Shown here piece after piece: positions 1-15,850 of a DNA stretch of 64,000 nt. Each line of letters starts with the position of its first letter. The first letter of the stretch is position 1. Made by a program: the position numbers and the translations under genes. The notes below the pieces were generated by a model. That model saw only the letters and a program-made list of their open reading frames with translations, was not told the origin of the DNA and made no database searches. The stretch lies in the NCBI RefSeq assembly GCF_009914755.1, contig NC_060927.1, one strand, 5' to 3'. The DNA comes from the human T2T-CHM13v2.0 reference genome, Homo sapiens.

Positions 1-178
1 CTCAAGACCAGCCTGGCCAAAATGGCGAAACCCTGTCTCTACTTAAAATACAAAAATTAGTGGGGTGTGGTGGTGGGCGCCTATAATCCCAGCTACTTGG
101 GAGGCTGAGATGGAGAATCGCTTGAACCCAGCCTGGGTGACAGAATAAGACTCTGTTTCCAAAAAAAAAAAAAAAAAA
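1..178 (+). mobile_element. Alu (AluS-like), cut by window start, internal deletion in right arm
   Basis: gaccagcctggccaa...aaaatacaaaaattag linker, cccagctacttgggaggctga, poly(A) 161-178. Confidence 0.95.
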
Positions 179-349
179 GATCTGAGACCTGTATTTTAGA
201 TGAATTGAAATGGTAAGAATTAAGGGTGGAGAGAATAGTTAGGAAGCTACAAAATAAATCAGGTAAGAAATGAGGTTGAAACTAGGAGAGAGTGGCAACT
301 TAAAGAAATTATGAAAGTGGAATGTATGAGATGTGTGAGCATGCAGTGG

Positions 350-829
350 TATGTTCATCATAGCACTATTCACAACAGCACATACATGGAATCAACCTAG
401 GTGCCATCAGTGGTGGATTAGATAACAAAAATGTGGTACATATACACCATGGAATACTATTGCAGCCACAAAAAAGAATGAAATCATGTCTTTTGTAGCC
501 ACATGGATGCAGCTGGAAGCCATTATCTTAAGTGAATTAATGCAGAAACAGAAAATTGAATATTACATGTTTTCACTCATAAGTGGCAGCTAAATACTGG
601 GTACTTGTGGATATGAAGATGACAATAATAGACACTGAGGACTAATAGAGGGGGGAGGAAGATAAAAATGGGGGCAAGAGTTGCAAAACTAACTGTTGGG
701 CACTATGCTCAGTATCCGGGTGACAGGATCGTTTGTATTCTAAACCTCAGCATCATACAATATACTCATGTAACAAAGCTGCACATTTACACCCTGAATC
801 TAAAACAGGAGTTGAAATTAAAGAAAAAG
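350..829 (+). mobile_element. L1 3' end (L1PB/L1MA-like), 5'-truncated
   Basis: L1 ORF2-end/3'UTR motifs: atggaatcaacctaggtgc, atggaatactat, gccacatggatgcagctggaagccattatc, aaacctcagcatcatacaatatac. Confidence 0.9.
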
Positions 830-832
830 ATA

Positions 833-1121
833 TGCCAGACATGGTGGCTCAAGTGCTGTAATCCCAGCACTTTGGGAGGCTGAGGAGGGAGGATTGCTGG
901 AGCCCAGGAGTTGGAGGACAGCCTGAACACATGGTGAACACTTGTCTCTATAAAAATTATGTTAATTAGCTGAGTTTGATGGTGCATGCCTGTAGTCCAA
1001 GCTACTCAGGAGATGGAAGCAGGAGGATCACCTGAGCCTGGGATATGGAGGCTGCAGTGAGGCATGATCACAACATTGCACTTTAGCCTGGGTGACAAAG
1101 CAAGACACCGTATAAAAAAAA
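833..1121 (+). mobile_element. AluJ-like full-length Alu
   Basis: ctgtaatcccagcactttgggaggctgagg, gagcccaggagtt (J-type), both arms and A tail. Confidence 0.93.
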
Positions 1122-2093
1122 GTTTGAGGTTTGAGAGAGAGAATAATTCAAATGTCTTATTTGTCTCCATCTCTATCTTCTACCAAGTGCCTACATAATA
1201 TTTAATTTGTGTTTAAAGGATATCAGAGAAAACAACCCTATGAAGCTTTTGGTTTTATTTATTATAAGAATGCCAAGGATATTGTTTATATATTACATAG
1301 AATCTTTTCAGGATAACTCATTGAAGAAATTTCTCTTTAGTCTTGGTAGTAGGAGCACGTGTGCTTATACTGTACTGCTGTGTGGTTTTTCTTTGTATGG
1401 ACAATGTAAACATGTAACTACTCATATTTATCATTTTTCTTTGGCTGATATAGAAATCTCAGAGCCACAAGTGTGCCCACATAATTTTACAACATGTACT
1501 TTGTGTACTAACTTTATTCTTGGCTCCATCTTAAGTTTTATTTTTAAATCTTTTTTCTTTGGTCTCATTGTGCTTTCTACTTATTTTTAAAGTATTTATG
1601 TAACTTTACAGTTTTTTTAAAGATTGCCTTACATCCTTTTAAGAACAATCTAGTGTATAAAGAATATATTGTAATCATATTAACTATTCTCATGTTTAAA
1701 TTAAGCCCCCAATTTTTACCGTCTATGGCTCTATAAAGATCAAATAGAAAGGTAACTAGATTTGCTAGAAAGTAAACTAAGGTATGCCCTTAATGAAGAT
1801 TCCTAAGGTTTGAAAATCCAGGATAAATGCATAGACCTCAAGAAAATCCAAGAAATAATACTCAGAAAAGGGTAAATATTAAAGATATGTTACCAAGTTG
1901 GTACAAGCCAATAAAAGATCTTGTTCCATTATAAAAGACTATTTAAAAACACACATTCCAACATAACTTAATATAACATTCATCTTGATTTGGATATAAT
2001 TTTAACCTGGAGTTATGTCTAAAAAATGTTTTCCAGGCTTGGGAAAAATCTCTTTGCCTGTGACCGAAATATTGATTAAGGAATATAACCCAC

Positions 2094-4341
2094 TGTATTA
2101 GTCCATTCTCACTCTACTAATAAAGACATACCCAAGACTGGGTAATTTATAAAGGAAAGAGGTTTAATTGACTCACAGTTCAGCATGACTGGGAAGGCCT
2201 CAGGAAACTTAGAATCATGGTGGAAGGGAAAGCAACCATGTTCTTTTTCACATGGTGGCAGCTAGGAGAAGTGCCAAGCAAAAGGGGGGAAAATCCCCTT
2301 GTAAAACCATCAGATCCCATGAGAACTCACTTACTATCATGGGAACAGTAGCATGTGGGTAACCCTCCCCATGATTCAATTACCTCCCACTGGGTCTCTC
2401 TCATATCACATGGGGATTATGGAAACTACAGTTTAAGGTGAGATTTGGGTTCTGACACAGCCAAAGCATATCATTCTGCCCCAGCCCCTTCCAAATCTCA
2501 TGTCCTCATATTTCAAAACATAATCATGCCTTCCCGATAGTCTCCCAAAGTCTTAACTCATTCCAGCATTAACTCAAAAGTCCAAAAGTCTCATCTGAGA
2601 CAAGGCAAGTCCCTTCCACCTATGAGCCTACATAATCAAAAGGAAGTTAGTTCCTTCCTAGATACAATGGGGGTACAGGCATTGGATAAATGCACCCATT
2701 CCAAATGGGGGAAATTGGCCAAAACAAAGGGGATACAGGCCACATGAAAGTCCAAAATTTAGCAGGACAGTCAAATCTTAAAGGCTCTGAAATTTTCTCC
2801 TTTGACTCCATGTCTCATATCCAGGTCACACTGATGCAAGAGGTGGGCTCCCACAGCCTTGGGAGGCTCTGCCCTTGTGGCTTTACAGGTTACAGACTCC
2901 CTCCTGGCTGCTTTCACTGGCTGGCGTTGTGTCTGTGGCATTTCCAGGAGCATGGTGTAAGCTGTCAGTGGATCTACCATTTTGTGGCCTGGAGGACAGT
3001 GGCTCTTTTCTCACAGCTCCACTAGGCAGTGCCCCTGGTGGGGACTCTGTGTGTGGGCTCCAACCCCACATTTCCTTTCTGTGCTGCCCTAGCAGAGATT
3101 CCCCATGAGGGCCCCACCCCTGCATCAAACTTCTGCCTGGACATACAAGTGTTTCCATACATCCTTGAAATCTAGTCAGAGGTTCCCAAATCTCAATTCT
3201 TGACTTCTGTGCATGGACAGGCCCAATACCATGTGGAAGCTGCCAAAGCTTGGGGCTTGCACCCTCCGAAGCAATGGCCCATGTTGTATGTTGGCCCCTT
3301 TTAGCCACACCTGAAGTGGCTGGGATGCAAGGCTGCACACAACAAGGGGGGCCTTGAGTCCAGCCCACAAAACCATTTTTCCATCCTAGGCCTCTGGACC
3401 TGTGATGGGAAGGACCTCTGTGAAGGTCTCTGACATGCCCCGGAGACATTTTCCCCTTTGTCTTGGCGATTAACATTTGGTTCCTCATTAGTTATGCAAA
3501 TTTCTGCACCAGGCTTGAATTTCTCCCCAGAAAATGAGTTTTTCTTTTCTACTGCATTTTCAGGCTGCAAATTTTCCAAACGTTTATGCTCTGTTTCCTC
3601 TTTAAATCTTTGGTGCTTAGAAATTTCTTTTGCCAGATACCCTAAATCATCTCTCTCAAGTTCAAAGTTCCACAGATCTCTAGAGCAGGGGCAAAATGCC
3701 ACCAGTCTCTTTGCATAGCAGGAGTGACTTTTACTCCAGTTCCCAACAAGCTCTTCATCCCCATCTGAGACCACCTCAGCCTGAATTTTATATCACTGTC
3801 AGCATTTTGGTCAAAATCATTCAACAAACCCCTAGGAAGTTCCAAACTATCCCACATCTTCCTGTCTTCTTCTGAGTCCTCCAAACTGTTCCAACCTCTG
3901 CCTGTTACCCACTTCCAAAGTTGTTTCCACATTCCCAGGTATCCTACAACAGTGCCCCACTCTACCAGTACCAATTTACTGTATTAATCCATTCTCATGC
4001 TGCTAATAAGGACATACCCAAGACTGGGTAATTTATAAAGGACAGAGATTTAATTGACTCACAGTTCAGCATGGCTGGGGAAGCCTCAGGAAACTTACAA
4101 TCATGGGGGAAGGGGAAGCAAACACGTCCTTCTTCACATGGTGGCGGCTAGAAGTGCAGAGTGAAGGTGTGGAAAACCCCTTATAAAACCATCAGATCTC
4201 TTGAGAACTCACTCACTGTTAGGAGAACAGCTGCCCCTATGATTCAATTATTTCCCACTGTATTCCTCCCACAACATGTGGAAATTATGAGGACTACAAT
4301 TTAAGATGAGATTTGGGTGGGGACACACCCAAACCATATCA
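2094..4341 (-). mobile_element. Full-length THE1-type MaLR provirus (LTR 2094-2473, internal 2474-3979, LTR 3980-4341)
   Basis: Two homologous LTRs (tgtatta.tccattctca...catatca), TG...CA ends, perfect 5-bp TSD cccac at 2089-2093 and 4342-4346. Confidence 0.96.
2883..3974 (-). pseudogene. Frameshifted remnants of the THE1 internal (MaLR gag-derived) ORF
   Basis: Overlapping ORFs 3642-3974, 3301-3774 and 2883-3488; peptide WSKSHSCYAKRLVAFCPCSRDLWNFELERDDLGYL is mirrored at 24545-24766 in the second THE1. Confidence 0.75.
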
Positions 4342-4689
4342 CCCACTGAATTCAAACATCTTACTAACAAGTGAATACTAATCTGGTAGTTTTATTTCTT
4401 GAATTTTCAAACAATTATATGTGCTCATTCAATATCCTTTTTACATTTTGGAAATTCTGAAATAAGCATGAGATGCTTCCATCCCTTGGAATAGAAAGGA
4501 ATTAAGCCCTAGACTATGAAAAATACATTCATGGTGAAATATTAAGCAGACTGAAATAATTGAACATGCAATCTTTGTTTATATAAGGAAGTTAATTTTA
4601 CTTGCAAGGACTGGGAAAATAGTGTGGTATTGTCTATTTTATTTGAAGTTAATATTTATAATATATTCTAATTTAGAGAAAAAATATTA

Positions 4690-4850
4690 GCCTGGGAGTC
4701 AGGCTTATATCCGATCTGCCACCAATTGGCTGAATGACTTTCAGCAAATTAGTTAATTTCTCTTCATTTCCTTTGTATCTAAAATGGCAAAGGTGTCTTT
4801 GAACTAGACGATATCCAAAGACCCTTCCAATTCTAATACTGTATGATTTT
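4690..4850 (+). mobile_element. MIR/MIR3 SINE
   Basis: ctgggagtcagg...ctgccaccaattggctgaatgactt...gacccttccaattctaatactgtatgatt. Confidence 0.75.
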
Positions 4851-5618
4851 TTTCATCTATTATCCATATGTTGCAAAAAGATTCATGCTGGACAAGTCCT
4901 CTGTATGTATGAAGAGGTCCTTTTGGTTTGAGGCTTACTCTTTTAAGAGTTTCCTTTTGGTTTAACATTTGTCGCTTTGCTTTGTGCCTGCCTATTTTAA
5001 ATTTGACTCTATCATTGGCAAGCTTCATAAAGTGAATGGAAATAGATCATGCTGAACAGAAGGAAGACTGATTAAAGAGAAAGATGAACAAAGCTGAAGA
5101 AGAATAAGAGGAATGTATAGAAGCTCAGAAAATAGTTAATCAAGAGAGTAGAAAGATAGGATTGAGAACCGCGACCTCAAACATCTTTTGATTCGGGAGA
5201 TATTTCAATATGCTGTGACATTTTACCACTGTATTTAGAATTAACTATATGGATAGATTTCTGCAGACCATTTCTATATGCCAAGGACCATGGGTCAAAG
5301 GTATTTGGATCACCTTATCCACCCTTTATTTATGTTGTGCCTTTTATTGACGTCTGAATACAATGTGTCTGCTCTTAATTTATCCAGTCCATTTATAATC
5401 AAATCTACTGTTAAATTTTCAGAGCTCATTCCTTTTAAAGAAAGGTGATTTTAAAACTCTGTAGTTTCTGGGGCACATTCTCTCTTGTTTCTTCTTTGAC
5501 CTCCCTGACTAATTTTTTTCTGGTTCCTTCTTATCTTTGGGATGGATTTCTAAAAGTTTAAATGCCCCGGGACTCCCTTCTTAGGCCTCATGCTGTCTTT
5601 TGAATATTTTTCACTTGT

Positions 5619-5750
5619 TTTCTTTTTCTTTTATAATAGAGACAGGGTCTCACCAGCTCAGGCTGGTCTTGACTTCCTGGCCTCAAGTGTTCCTCCCACC
5701 TTGGCCTCCCAAAGCACTTGGATTGCAGGTGTAAGCCACTGCACCCGGCC
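5619..5750 (-). mobile_element. FLAM/monomeric Alu
   Basis: T-rich tail then agagacagggtctcac...cctcccaccttggcctcccaaag...cacccggcc. Confidence 0.9.
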
Positions 5751-6149
5751 TATTGTACCTTTTTTCTGCACTGATCATTAGGTGGTCTCATTCAGTCCTG
5801 TTGTACTCCATACCGTCTATATGCTAAAAACTCTCAATGACCAGAACTCCAGTACAGATATTGTCAGGGAAACTTGCTAGTAATACAAAGCTGATTTATT
5901 AAACTTGATGGCAAGGGAGAACTTTTTACCTTTAAGAGAACTAGCAGTCTCTCACAAGGGAGACTTAAGGAAGGATGCTTACAGGGCTTTTATGGCTAGA
6001 GTTAGTCATATGATAGTTTTAACATGGAAGTAAGTAAGTTTGTCTGGGCAGGGATTGGTCAGAATTGGATGAGTTGTTATTCAGTGCCACTTTGTTAGAA
6101 AGGCCTCCTTTGATTACTTTGATTACCTTGATACAAAAGAACAACTCTA

Positions 6150-6332
6150 CTGCAACTTTCTACCCACTAAAACTGCTTGAAGATTAACTCTCACCACTTG
6201 ACATATTTTACATAGATTTATTTATTTATTTTTTGTTGGATTCCTCCTGTAAAGCTTCAGTGATGCAGGGCTGTGGTAGCACTTAGAACAAAACCAAACA
6301 CATAACAGGCATTGGAGAAGAAATGAATAAAT
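6150..6332 (+). mobile_element. L2 3' end fragment
   Basis: ctgtaaagcttc...gcacttagaaca...cataacaggca...aatgaataaatga tail. Confidence 0.55.
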
Positions 6333-7789
6333 GATACTCTTAATTAATGCTAGCTGTAATTACTACTTTTAACTCTTAATTCTTTAGTAATTATTTCCTA
6401 GCTTAAATTTGTGATTATAGTTGAAGCCGTTTCAAGGACTGCAGTCAGTTGGTTCCTAGCAGAGGCTCATCTGTTTGAGGACCAGCCTGTCTGTTTATGT
6501 CTGGGAATCTCCTCTTTCAGATGGTGATAGTTCCAGGTGACCAGTCCAAGGCAGTGGTTAGTGGACATGAAACATGTGATCTCTTGTTTTGCTTCACTTG
6601 TTTTTTTTTTGGTTTTATAAGACTCAGTATAAAGGGAAGCAAATGGAATTCTTTTTTATCTTCTAATTTTCTTTTCCTTTCTCATTTCTCATTTTCCTCC
6701 TGCTCCCAACAAACCTCCTCTTTCTTTCTTTTTTTTTTTTTTTTTAAATGAGGGAGATTGTTAGATTTGCACTTTACTTAACCATTGAAAAATGACTTGA
6801 TCTAATTTTGTTACAGTAGAAAAAAACTGATTTTGACTTCTGCAAAACCTTTACAGAACTTTCTCAAAGCTGTGCTTCACAGTCAATACTTAAACTTACA
6901 ACCAGTTTTAATGTACATAAACAATGGAGTGTGCAACATGAGTGCTCCAATTTGGGAATGAACCACATGTTTGAGAATACATTTCATTTTATGTGGGGTA
7001 TCCATTTGTGATTTGTACTTGTTTCCTGAATTAGAATTTGGAATCAGATAAGATGACAGCTGGAATTGTACTGGAAGCAGTGAAGAAGCTAAGGAAGTGC
7101 ATACTACTTTTTGTTTGTTTGTTTTAGTAAATTTTCTTTTGTTTTTGATTTGTATCAATGTAATACATGCCCTAGTTGAAACTTTTTTAAGTACCGAGCA
7201 GCTTATAATGTTTAAAATAGAAACAGCACCAATCCCTTCTATATTTTCCATTCTTTGGCCAAGTCTCAGTCTCAAAGGATAATTGCTTTGAACATCAAAG
7301 ATTTTTTTCTAGTATTTAACTTTACTTTTACAAATAATATGCTTATATTGCTATTTCTTGATGTATAAAGTCTAAATTTTATCTATTGACTTCATGTTAT
7401 GGAGGGTGAGCATTTAGCTATCCTACATCACTCATCCAAATCTCTTCCCTTATCCTTCTAATAGAATTATACCATAGTGAAACAATAACTTTTATTACTA
7501 TAACTGCACATAGCATTCTCTGAGAAAATAAGTAATATATTACAATTGTATTTCCTTTCTTAAACAACGTTTGCTTTTCCTGAGGTTAACAATTTACCTC
7601 TAGTTAATTTATTTCTTTTCCTATAATTGCCAATTATACAATTCTGTTTTTGATAGCTATCCTTAATTTTTCAGGGTTTTATCACATCTCCCATTAGGGT
7701 CATGGAATTGGATAATTCTAAGCAGCACCATTCACTCTGAAATTGTATAACTAGTGGTCTTGTAAACCCATCAATAGTATTTTCCAATC

Positions 7790-10854
<3,065 letters not shown>

Positions 10855-11934
10855 TGAATATCCTTTTAGATTGCAGTGGGGCACTATAAAGTGGAATGTG
10901 TTACCCATTGAGCATTTGAGAAGCATTGTCTTCACTGCAGGGTGCTTTTCAAAAAACTAATTTACTTTATTGGGGAACTCCTAATTGTTAATATGGAAAG
11001 ATATATTTATGTATTTTCTTTAAGGTCAATTTTCTTTCCTGTGAAAAATAGCCTGGCTATAGGAGTTTTGGGAAGCAGGAAGAAATAGTGGGGCTCCCAT
11101 CATTTGCATACAGACTTCTTTTAAATCTCATGTTTCATCTTGCCCTTTACTGCACAAGATGTCTTTGAGTCCCAAACCACTTCCTTTTTATTTGTCCTGA
11201 GAATAAGCCTGCTACCTCCTGTCTGAGGTGGGGTATGCAAGTCACTCTGTGTGTGGGAGGTGTCATCCAGCCCCATGTGATGGCAAGAGACTCTGGGGGT
11301 TTGTATGTTCCATATACAGGTGTCAACTAATCCTGCATTTTAGCTCCTGGTCTCACTCCACTTTTCTGTGGTATCTGCCGTCAACATCAGTACTCTCGCA
11401 GGAGCAAATATGCATGCTTCTTGGAGATATCTCCTGTGGGTACTTTAGATTGTAGCTTTTTCTACTCTACTAAATCAGTTACTATTCTTCCATTCTATTA
11501 AACATTTTTGTCTGCTGTCATTTACACTTCTGTTCTAATTGTTCATGTGGGTTCATACTTTTTTTATTTTAAACTTTACTATGCATGGAATCATCTAGAG
11601 GGTTTGTTCATATCAAGCCTTCACTGGAGGTTTGTTTTTGTTTTTAAACTTTACTACATTCAAGTTAAGCTTAAAATTGCCCCCAAAGACTTCTGGCTGC
11701 ATTTAAAAGAGATTTAGAGAAGCGGCAGGGAAAGTTTTTGCACAGCACATGTGAGTGCTGCGCAATGCACTTCATCCTCCCTTGCATGTAAAGTCGCTTT
11801 TTCTCCATTTTAAGGGTGAGGAAACAAAGGTTTATAACATTAAGAAATTTCTCCAGGCCATAAAAAAAGAATCCAGATTTATATGTGTTGCAATTTTGTG
11901 CTTTTTTTCCTACACACCAGTGCGTCTCAACACA

Positions 11935-12048
11935 TAAGACAACAAATCAGTTGCGTTTGTCTGGGGACTGTTCTGGTTTTGGTACTGAAGTCCTGCATCC
12001 CTGGGACTCCTCAGTGCCAGGCAAAATAGGATGGTTCTGGTTGCACAC
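11935..12048. mobile_element. MER81-like hAT MITE
   Basis: tttgtctggggactgttctggttttggtactgaagtcctgcatccctgggactcctcagtgccaggcaaa resembles recalled MER81. Confidence 0.7.
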
Positions 12049-12304
12049 TAAAACCACCAGAGGAGTTTTTAAAAATACAAATACGGTGGTCTTGTTTTCA
12101 TGAGAATCTGGTTTAATGATTTTTTTAAAAGTCAGAATGATGTGATTCTAATGAGCAGCTAGAGTTGTGAACCACTGCCTTTTATGTGCTGCTGTGAAGC
12201 AAGTCAACAGCTTGGATTCCATTATCTTTTAATCCTCACATGGTATGTAAACTACTAGATCCGGTGGTTATTGGCACACACAATATAACAAAGGTGTAGT
12301 CTAT

Positions 12305-12530
12305 AGACTGAGGTTATTGGTCAAGCTGGCCTGCTGCCTGTTTTTGTAAATAAAATTTTACTGGAATATAATCATGCCCATCATTTACAGATTGTAAATG
12401 GCTGCTTTCTCCCTGTTGCTGTTAACTGCAGAGTTGAGTAGTTTGATACTAGAGGGTCCACAAATCCTGAAATATTTACACACTGGTCTTTTATATAAAA
12501 TTTTTTTTCTGACTCTTGCTGCAGACCCTA
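12305..12530. mobile_element. MER58A-like hAT-Charlie element
   Basis: ggcctgctgcctgtttttgtaaataaaattttactggaa...aaatatttacacactggtc. Confidence 0.8.
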
Positions 12531-12704
12531 ATACAAATAAAAACCAAAACCAAAAGAAATAAAAAAGCTGCCATACTAGAAGTGCCACTGGGCACTTAAG
12601 GGAAAGGAATTTTTCTTGAATCAACCTAGTTCTCAGGCCTGAGGAGGAAGATAAGTTGTGAAAGGTACTGTTTGCCTTTCCAACTTTAATGTGCGTGTGT
12701 ATGA

Positions 12705-12830
12705 CGTAAGGACCTTGTTAAAACGCAGTTTCTGACTCAGTAGTGTGAATGGGGCCAGAATGCTGCATTTCTAACACTCTCCCAGATGGTGCCAATGTTC
12801 CTCATCCACAGACCACAGCTGAAGTAGCAA
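12705..12830. mobile_element. MER5-like fragment
   Basis: cttgttaaaacgcagtttctgactcagtag...ctgcatttctaaca. Confidence 0.7.
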
Positions 12831-13015
12831 CTATGTAAACCTCAGGCTACTCATCACAGTGCAGAGTGATTTCACCTAAAGGCACAACAGCAGCTGATTG
12901 CCACAATACAAACAAGAGCCGCCACTTACTGACAGCAGCTACGTGCCAGGTAAGTCAAATGAGGAAGAACACCTTCAGTGTGGGGGAGAAATGGGTCTTC
13001 AACGTCATCTTAGAC

Positions 13016-13194
13016 CAGTGGCTCTCAAAGTATATAACAGCAGCGTCAACATCAGCATTATCTGGGAACGTGTTGGAGATGTGAATTCTTGGGTTCCACT
13101 TCAGACAACGAATCAGAAATTCTGGGGTAAGGCACTCTAAGTTTTAATAAACCCTCCAGATGATTCCATGCATAGTAAAGTTTGAGAATCACTG
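13016..13194. mobile_element. MER5A full-length MITE
   Basis: Terminal inverted repeats cagtggctctcaaa / tttgagaatcactg. Confidence 0.88.
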
Positions 13195-14398
13195 TGTTGG
13201 AAGTTAAAGGTTTTAGACTGAAATTGCTCATGCAGCTATGAGGATAGCACAAGCTTACAAAGATGGCTAACTTTGTATCTAACTCTGGGAAGAGGCTGTG
13301 AAATCTGGGAAGGCACAGGTATGGTGTTCAAGGTGTAGATAAACTGAATAATGAAACATTTCCCAATCTGCCGGAGATGGTTTCACTCTGACACTGTAGA
13401 AGGGCAACAGGATCAGGTGTGCCACATAGGCCTGAGGTACCACAAGTTCTTGACTCAGTCAATGAGTAAAAAATGTTTTATGTGGAGAAAAAAGTGAAAG
13501 AAAAAAAAGTCAGCAGGGTATTTAATTTTGTAATTGAATTCATTTCTTTTGTTGATTTTGCTCTAAGTTGATATTTCCTCTATATTTTAGAAAATTAAAC
13601 TATAAAATAAGCATGTTCATAATAGAAAAATTAGAAATAAAAATTTTAATATTTTTATTAGAATAAGAATAGTAAATTAAAATTACCTATAGTCATACTT
13701 AATGCCAAAATAATGTATGAGTGTTTCTAATTTTCTAAACCCTAACACTGGTTATTACATATTTTGAAAACAAATTTAATAAATGAAAAATGGTATCTAA
13801 TAATTTTCACTGGCATTATTTTCAACATTGAAATACTGTTTATAAAAGCAATGTGTGCCCATTAAAAAAATCAAATCATTCAGAGGAATATGACATTAAA
13901 ATGTAAATTAGCTAAAATTTTGCTTTAAAAACCTTGCAATAGTTTTTAATTTTTTAATTATGTATTTTATTTCATTTTCAGTCCCATTCAGGTATAATTG
14001 ACAAATAAAAATTGTATATATTTGTGGTATACAGTGTAATATTTTGATGTACTCTACATTGGAAACAATTACCAAAATCAAGCTAATTAACATATCCATC
14101 ACCTAACATGGTTGCCTTAGTTGTGAGAACATTTAAGATTTACTGTTAGTAAATTTCAAGTATACAATACAGTATTATTATGTATTGCTATACATTAAGT
14201 CTCCAGAATTAATTCATTCTGCATAGCTGAAACTTGGAACCCCTTGACCAACATCCTTCTATTTCTTCAACACCCCATTCCTTGCAACCATTTTATTTCC
14301 AGCTTCTATAAGTTTGACTTTTTTAGATTTCACACATAAGTGAGATTATACAGTGTTTATCTTTCTGTGCCTGGCTTATTTCACTTAGCAGAAGGTCC

Positions 14399-15205
14399 TG
14401 TTAACTTAAATAACAAAGAGAGAGAGGCTCTCTAGAGAAAAGATGTTTATTTGGGAAGGAAGCATTGCAATGGGAACTTGCCATAGTTAGTCAATGTATT
14501 AGTCTGTTTTCACACTGCTACAAAGAACTACCAGAGACTGGGTAATTTATGAAGAAAAGAGGTTTAATTGACTCATAATTCTGCAGGCTGTACAGAAAGC
14601 ATGACTGGGAGGCCTCAGGAAACTTACAATCATGGTGGGAGGCAAAGGGGAAGCAAACACCTTCTTCACATGGTGGCAGGAGAGAGAGACCTAAGGGGGA
14701 AGTGCCACACACTTTTAAACCATCAGATCCTATGAGAACTCACTATCACAAGAACAGCAAGGGGGAAATCTGCCCCCCATGACCCAATTACCTCCCACCA
14801 GGCCCCTCCTCCAATCCAACATGAGATTTCTGCAGGGACACAAATCCAAACCGTATCAGTAAACTGTCTGCATATTCAGAGAGATAAAGGAATAAAAAGG
14901 TTTTTAATGGAAAAAATGAAGAGAATTACATTATTGTTTTGAAATACTTATCCTTGGCTACAAAGATCAATAATAAGGATGACGCCAATTTGAGGTTGGA
15001 CAGGCAGTTGCTTGGCAGATGTACTTGCAGAAGTATTTTTGTGTGTGAGGTTTCAATGTCTGTTGTGCAAGGTTGTGGTTTTTGTAATCATTTTTGTTAT
15101 TAGGCATGTAAGTATAATATCCCTCCCTTCATGGCCTTCCCTGGCTCTATTTGTCAGGGTTTTCTTAATGTTAGTGATTCAATTTTGTTTCTGACAACTT
15201 TCACA
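14399..15205 (-). mobile_element. ERV1-class solo LTR (MER4-group-like) inserted in L1
   Basis: TG...CA ends, 4-bp TSD gtcc (14395-14398, 15206-15209) splitting the L1 motif gtcctccaggttca. Confidence 0.8.
14495..14858 (-). mobile_element. MSTA-like MaLR solo LTR
   Basis: tgtattagtctgttttcacactgcta...ccaaaccgtatca; TSD gtcaa/gtaaa. Confidence 0.92.
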
Positions 15206-15700
15206 GTCCTCCAGGTTCACCCATGTTGTCAAAAAATGACAGAATATCCTTCTTTTTTAAGGTTTATTAATATTACACTCTTTGTCTTCGTGTGTGTGTA
15301 TTATACACCCCATATTTTCTTTATTCATTCATCCATTAATGGATATTTAGATTGATTAAATATTGTGGCTATTGTGAATAATGCTGCAGTTAACATAGGA
15401 ATGTAGATATCTCTTTGAGATACTGATTTTATTTCCTTTGAATATATATACCCAGAAGTGTGATTGCTGGATCTTACAGTAGTTCTATTTTTAATTTTTG
15501 AGGAATCTTCATACTGTTTTCCATAATGACTAATATACTAATTTACATTTCCACCAACAGTGTGCAATGGTTCCCTTTTCATCATATTCTTACCAACCTT
15601 TGCTCCCTTTTGTCTTTCTGTAATAGCCATTATAACCAATGTGAGGTGATATCTCATTGTAGTTTGAATTGCATATCTCTGATGATAAGTAATGTTGAGC

Positions 15701-15838
15701 TTTTTTTTTTTTTTTTTTTAAATAGAGATGGGGTTTCACCATGATGGCCAGGCTGTCTTGAACTCCTGACCTCAAGCGATCCTCCTGCCTCAGCCTCTCA
15801 AAGTGCTGGGATTACAGATGTGAACCACCATGCCCGGC
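15701..15838 (-). mobile_element. FLAM_C/monomeric Alu
   Basis: poly(T) then agagatggggtttcacc...aaagtgctgggattacag...atgcccggc; flanked by atgttgag repeats. Confidence 0.9.
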
Positions 15839-15850
15839 TGATGTTGAGAA

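Noticed and set aside
2690-3974. Cluster of the longest ORFs (up to 201 aa) as a protein-coding gene
   Set aside because: Lies entirely within THE1 internal sequence; frameshifted MaLR remnants and antisense shadows
6883-7275. 130-aa minus-strand ORF in unique sequence
   Set aside because: Non-ATG start, crosses low-complexity T-rich DNA, no recognisable domain
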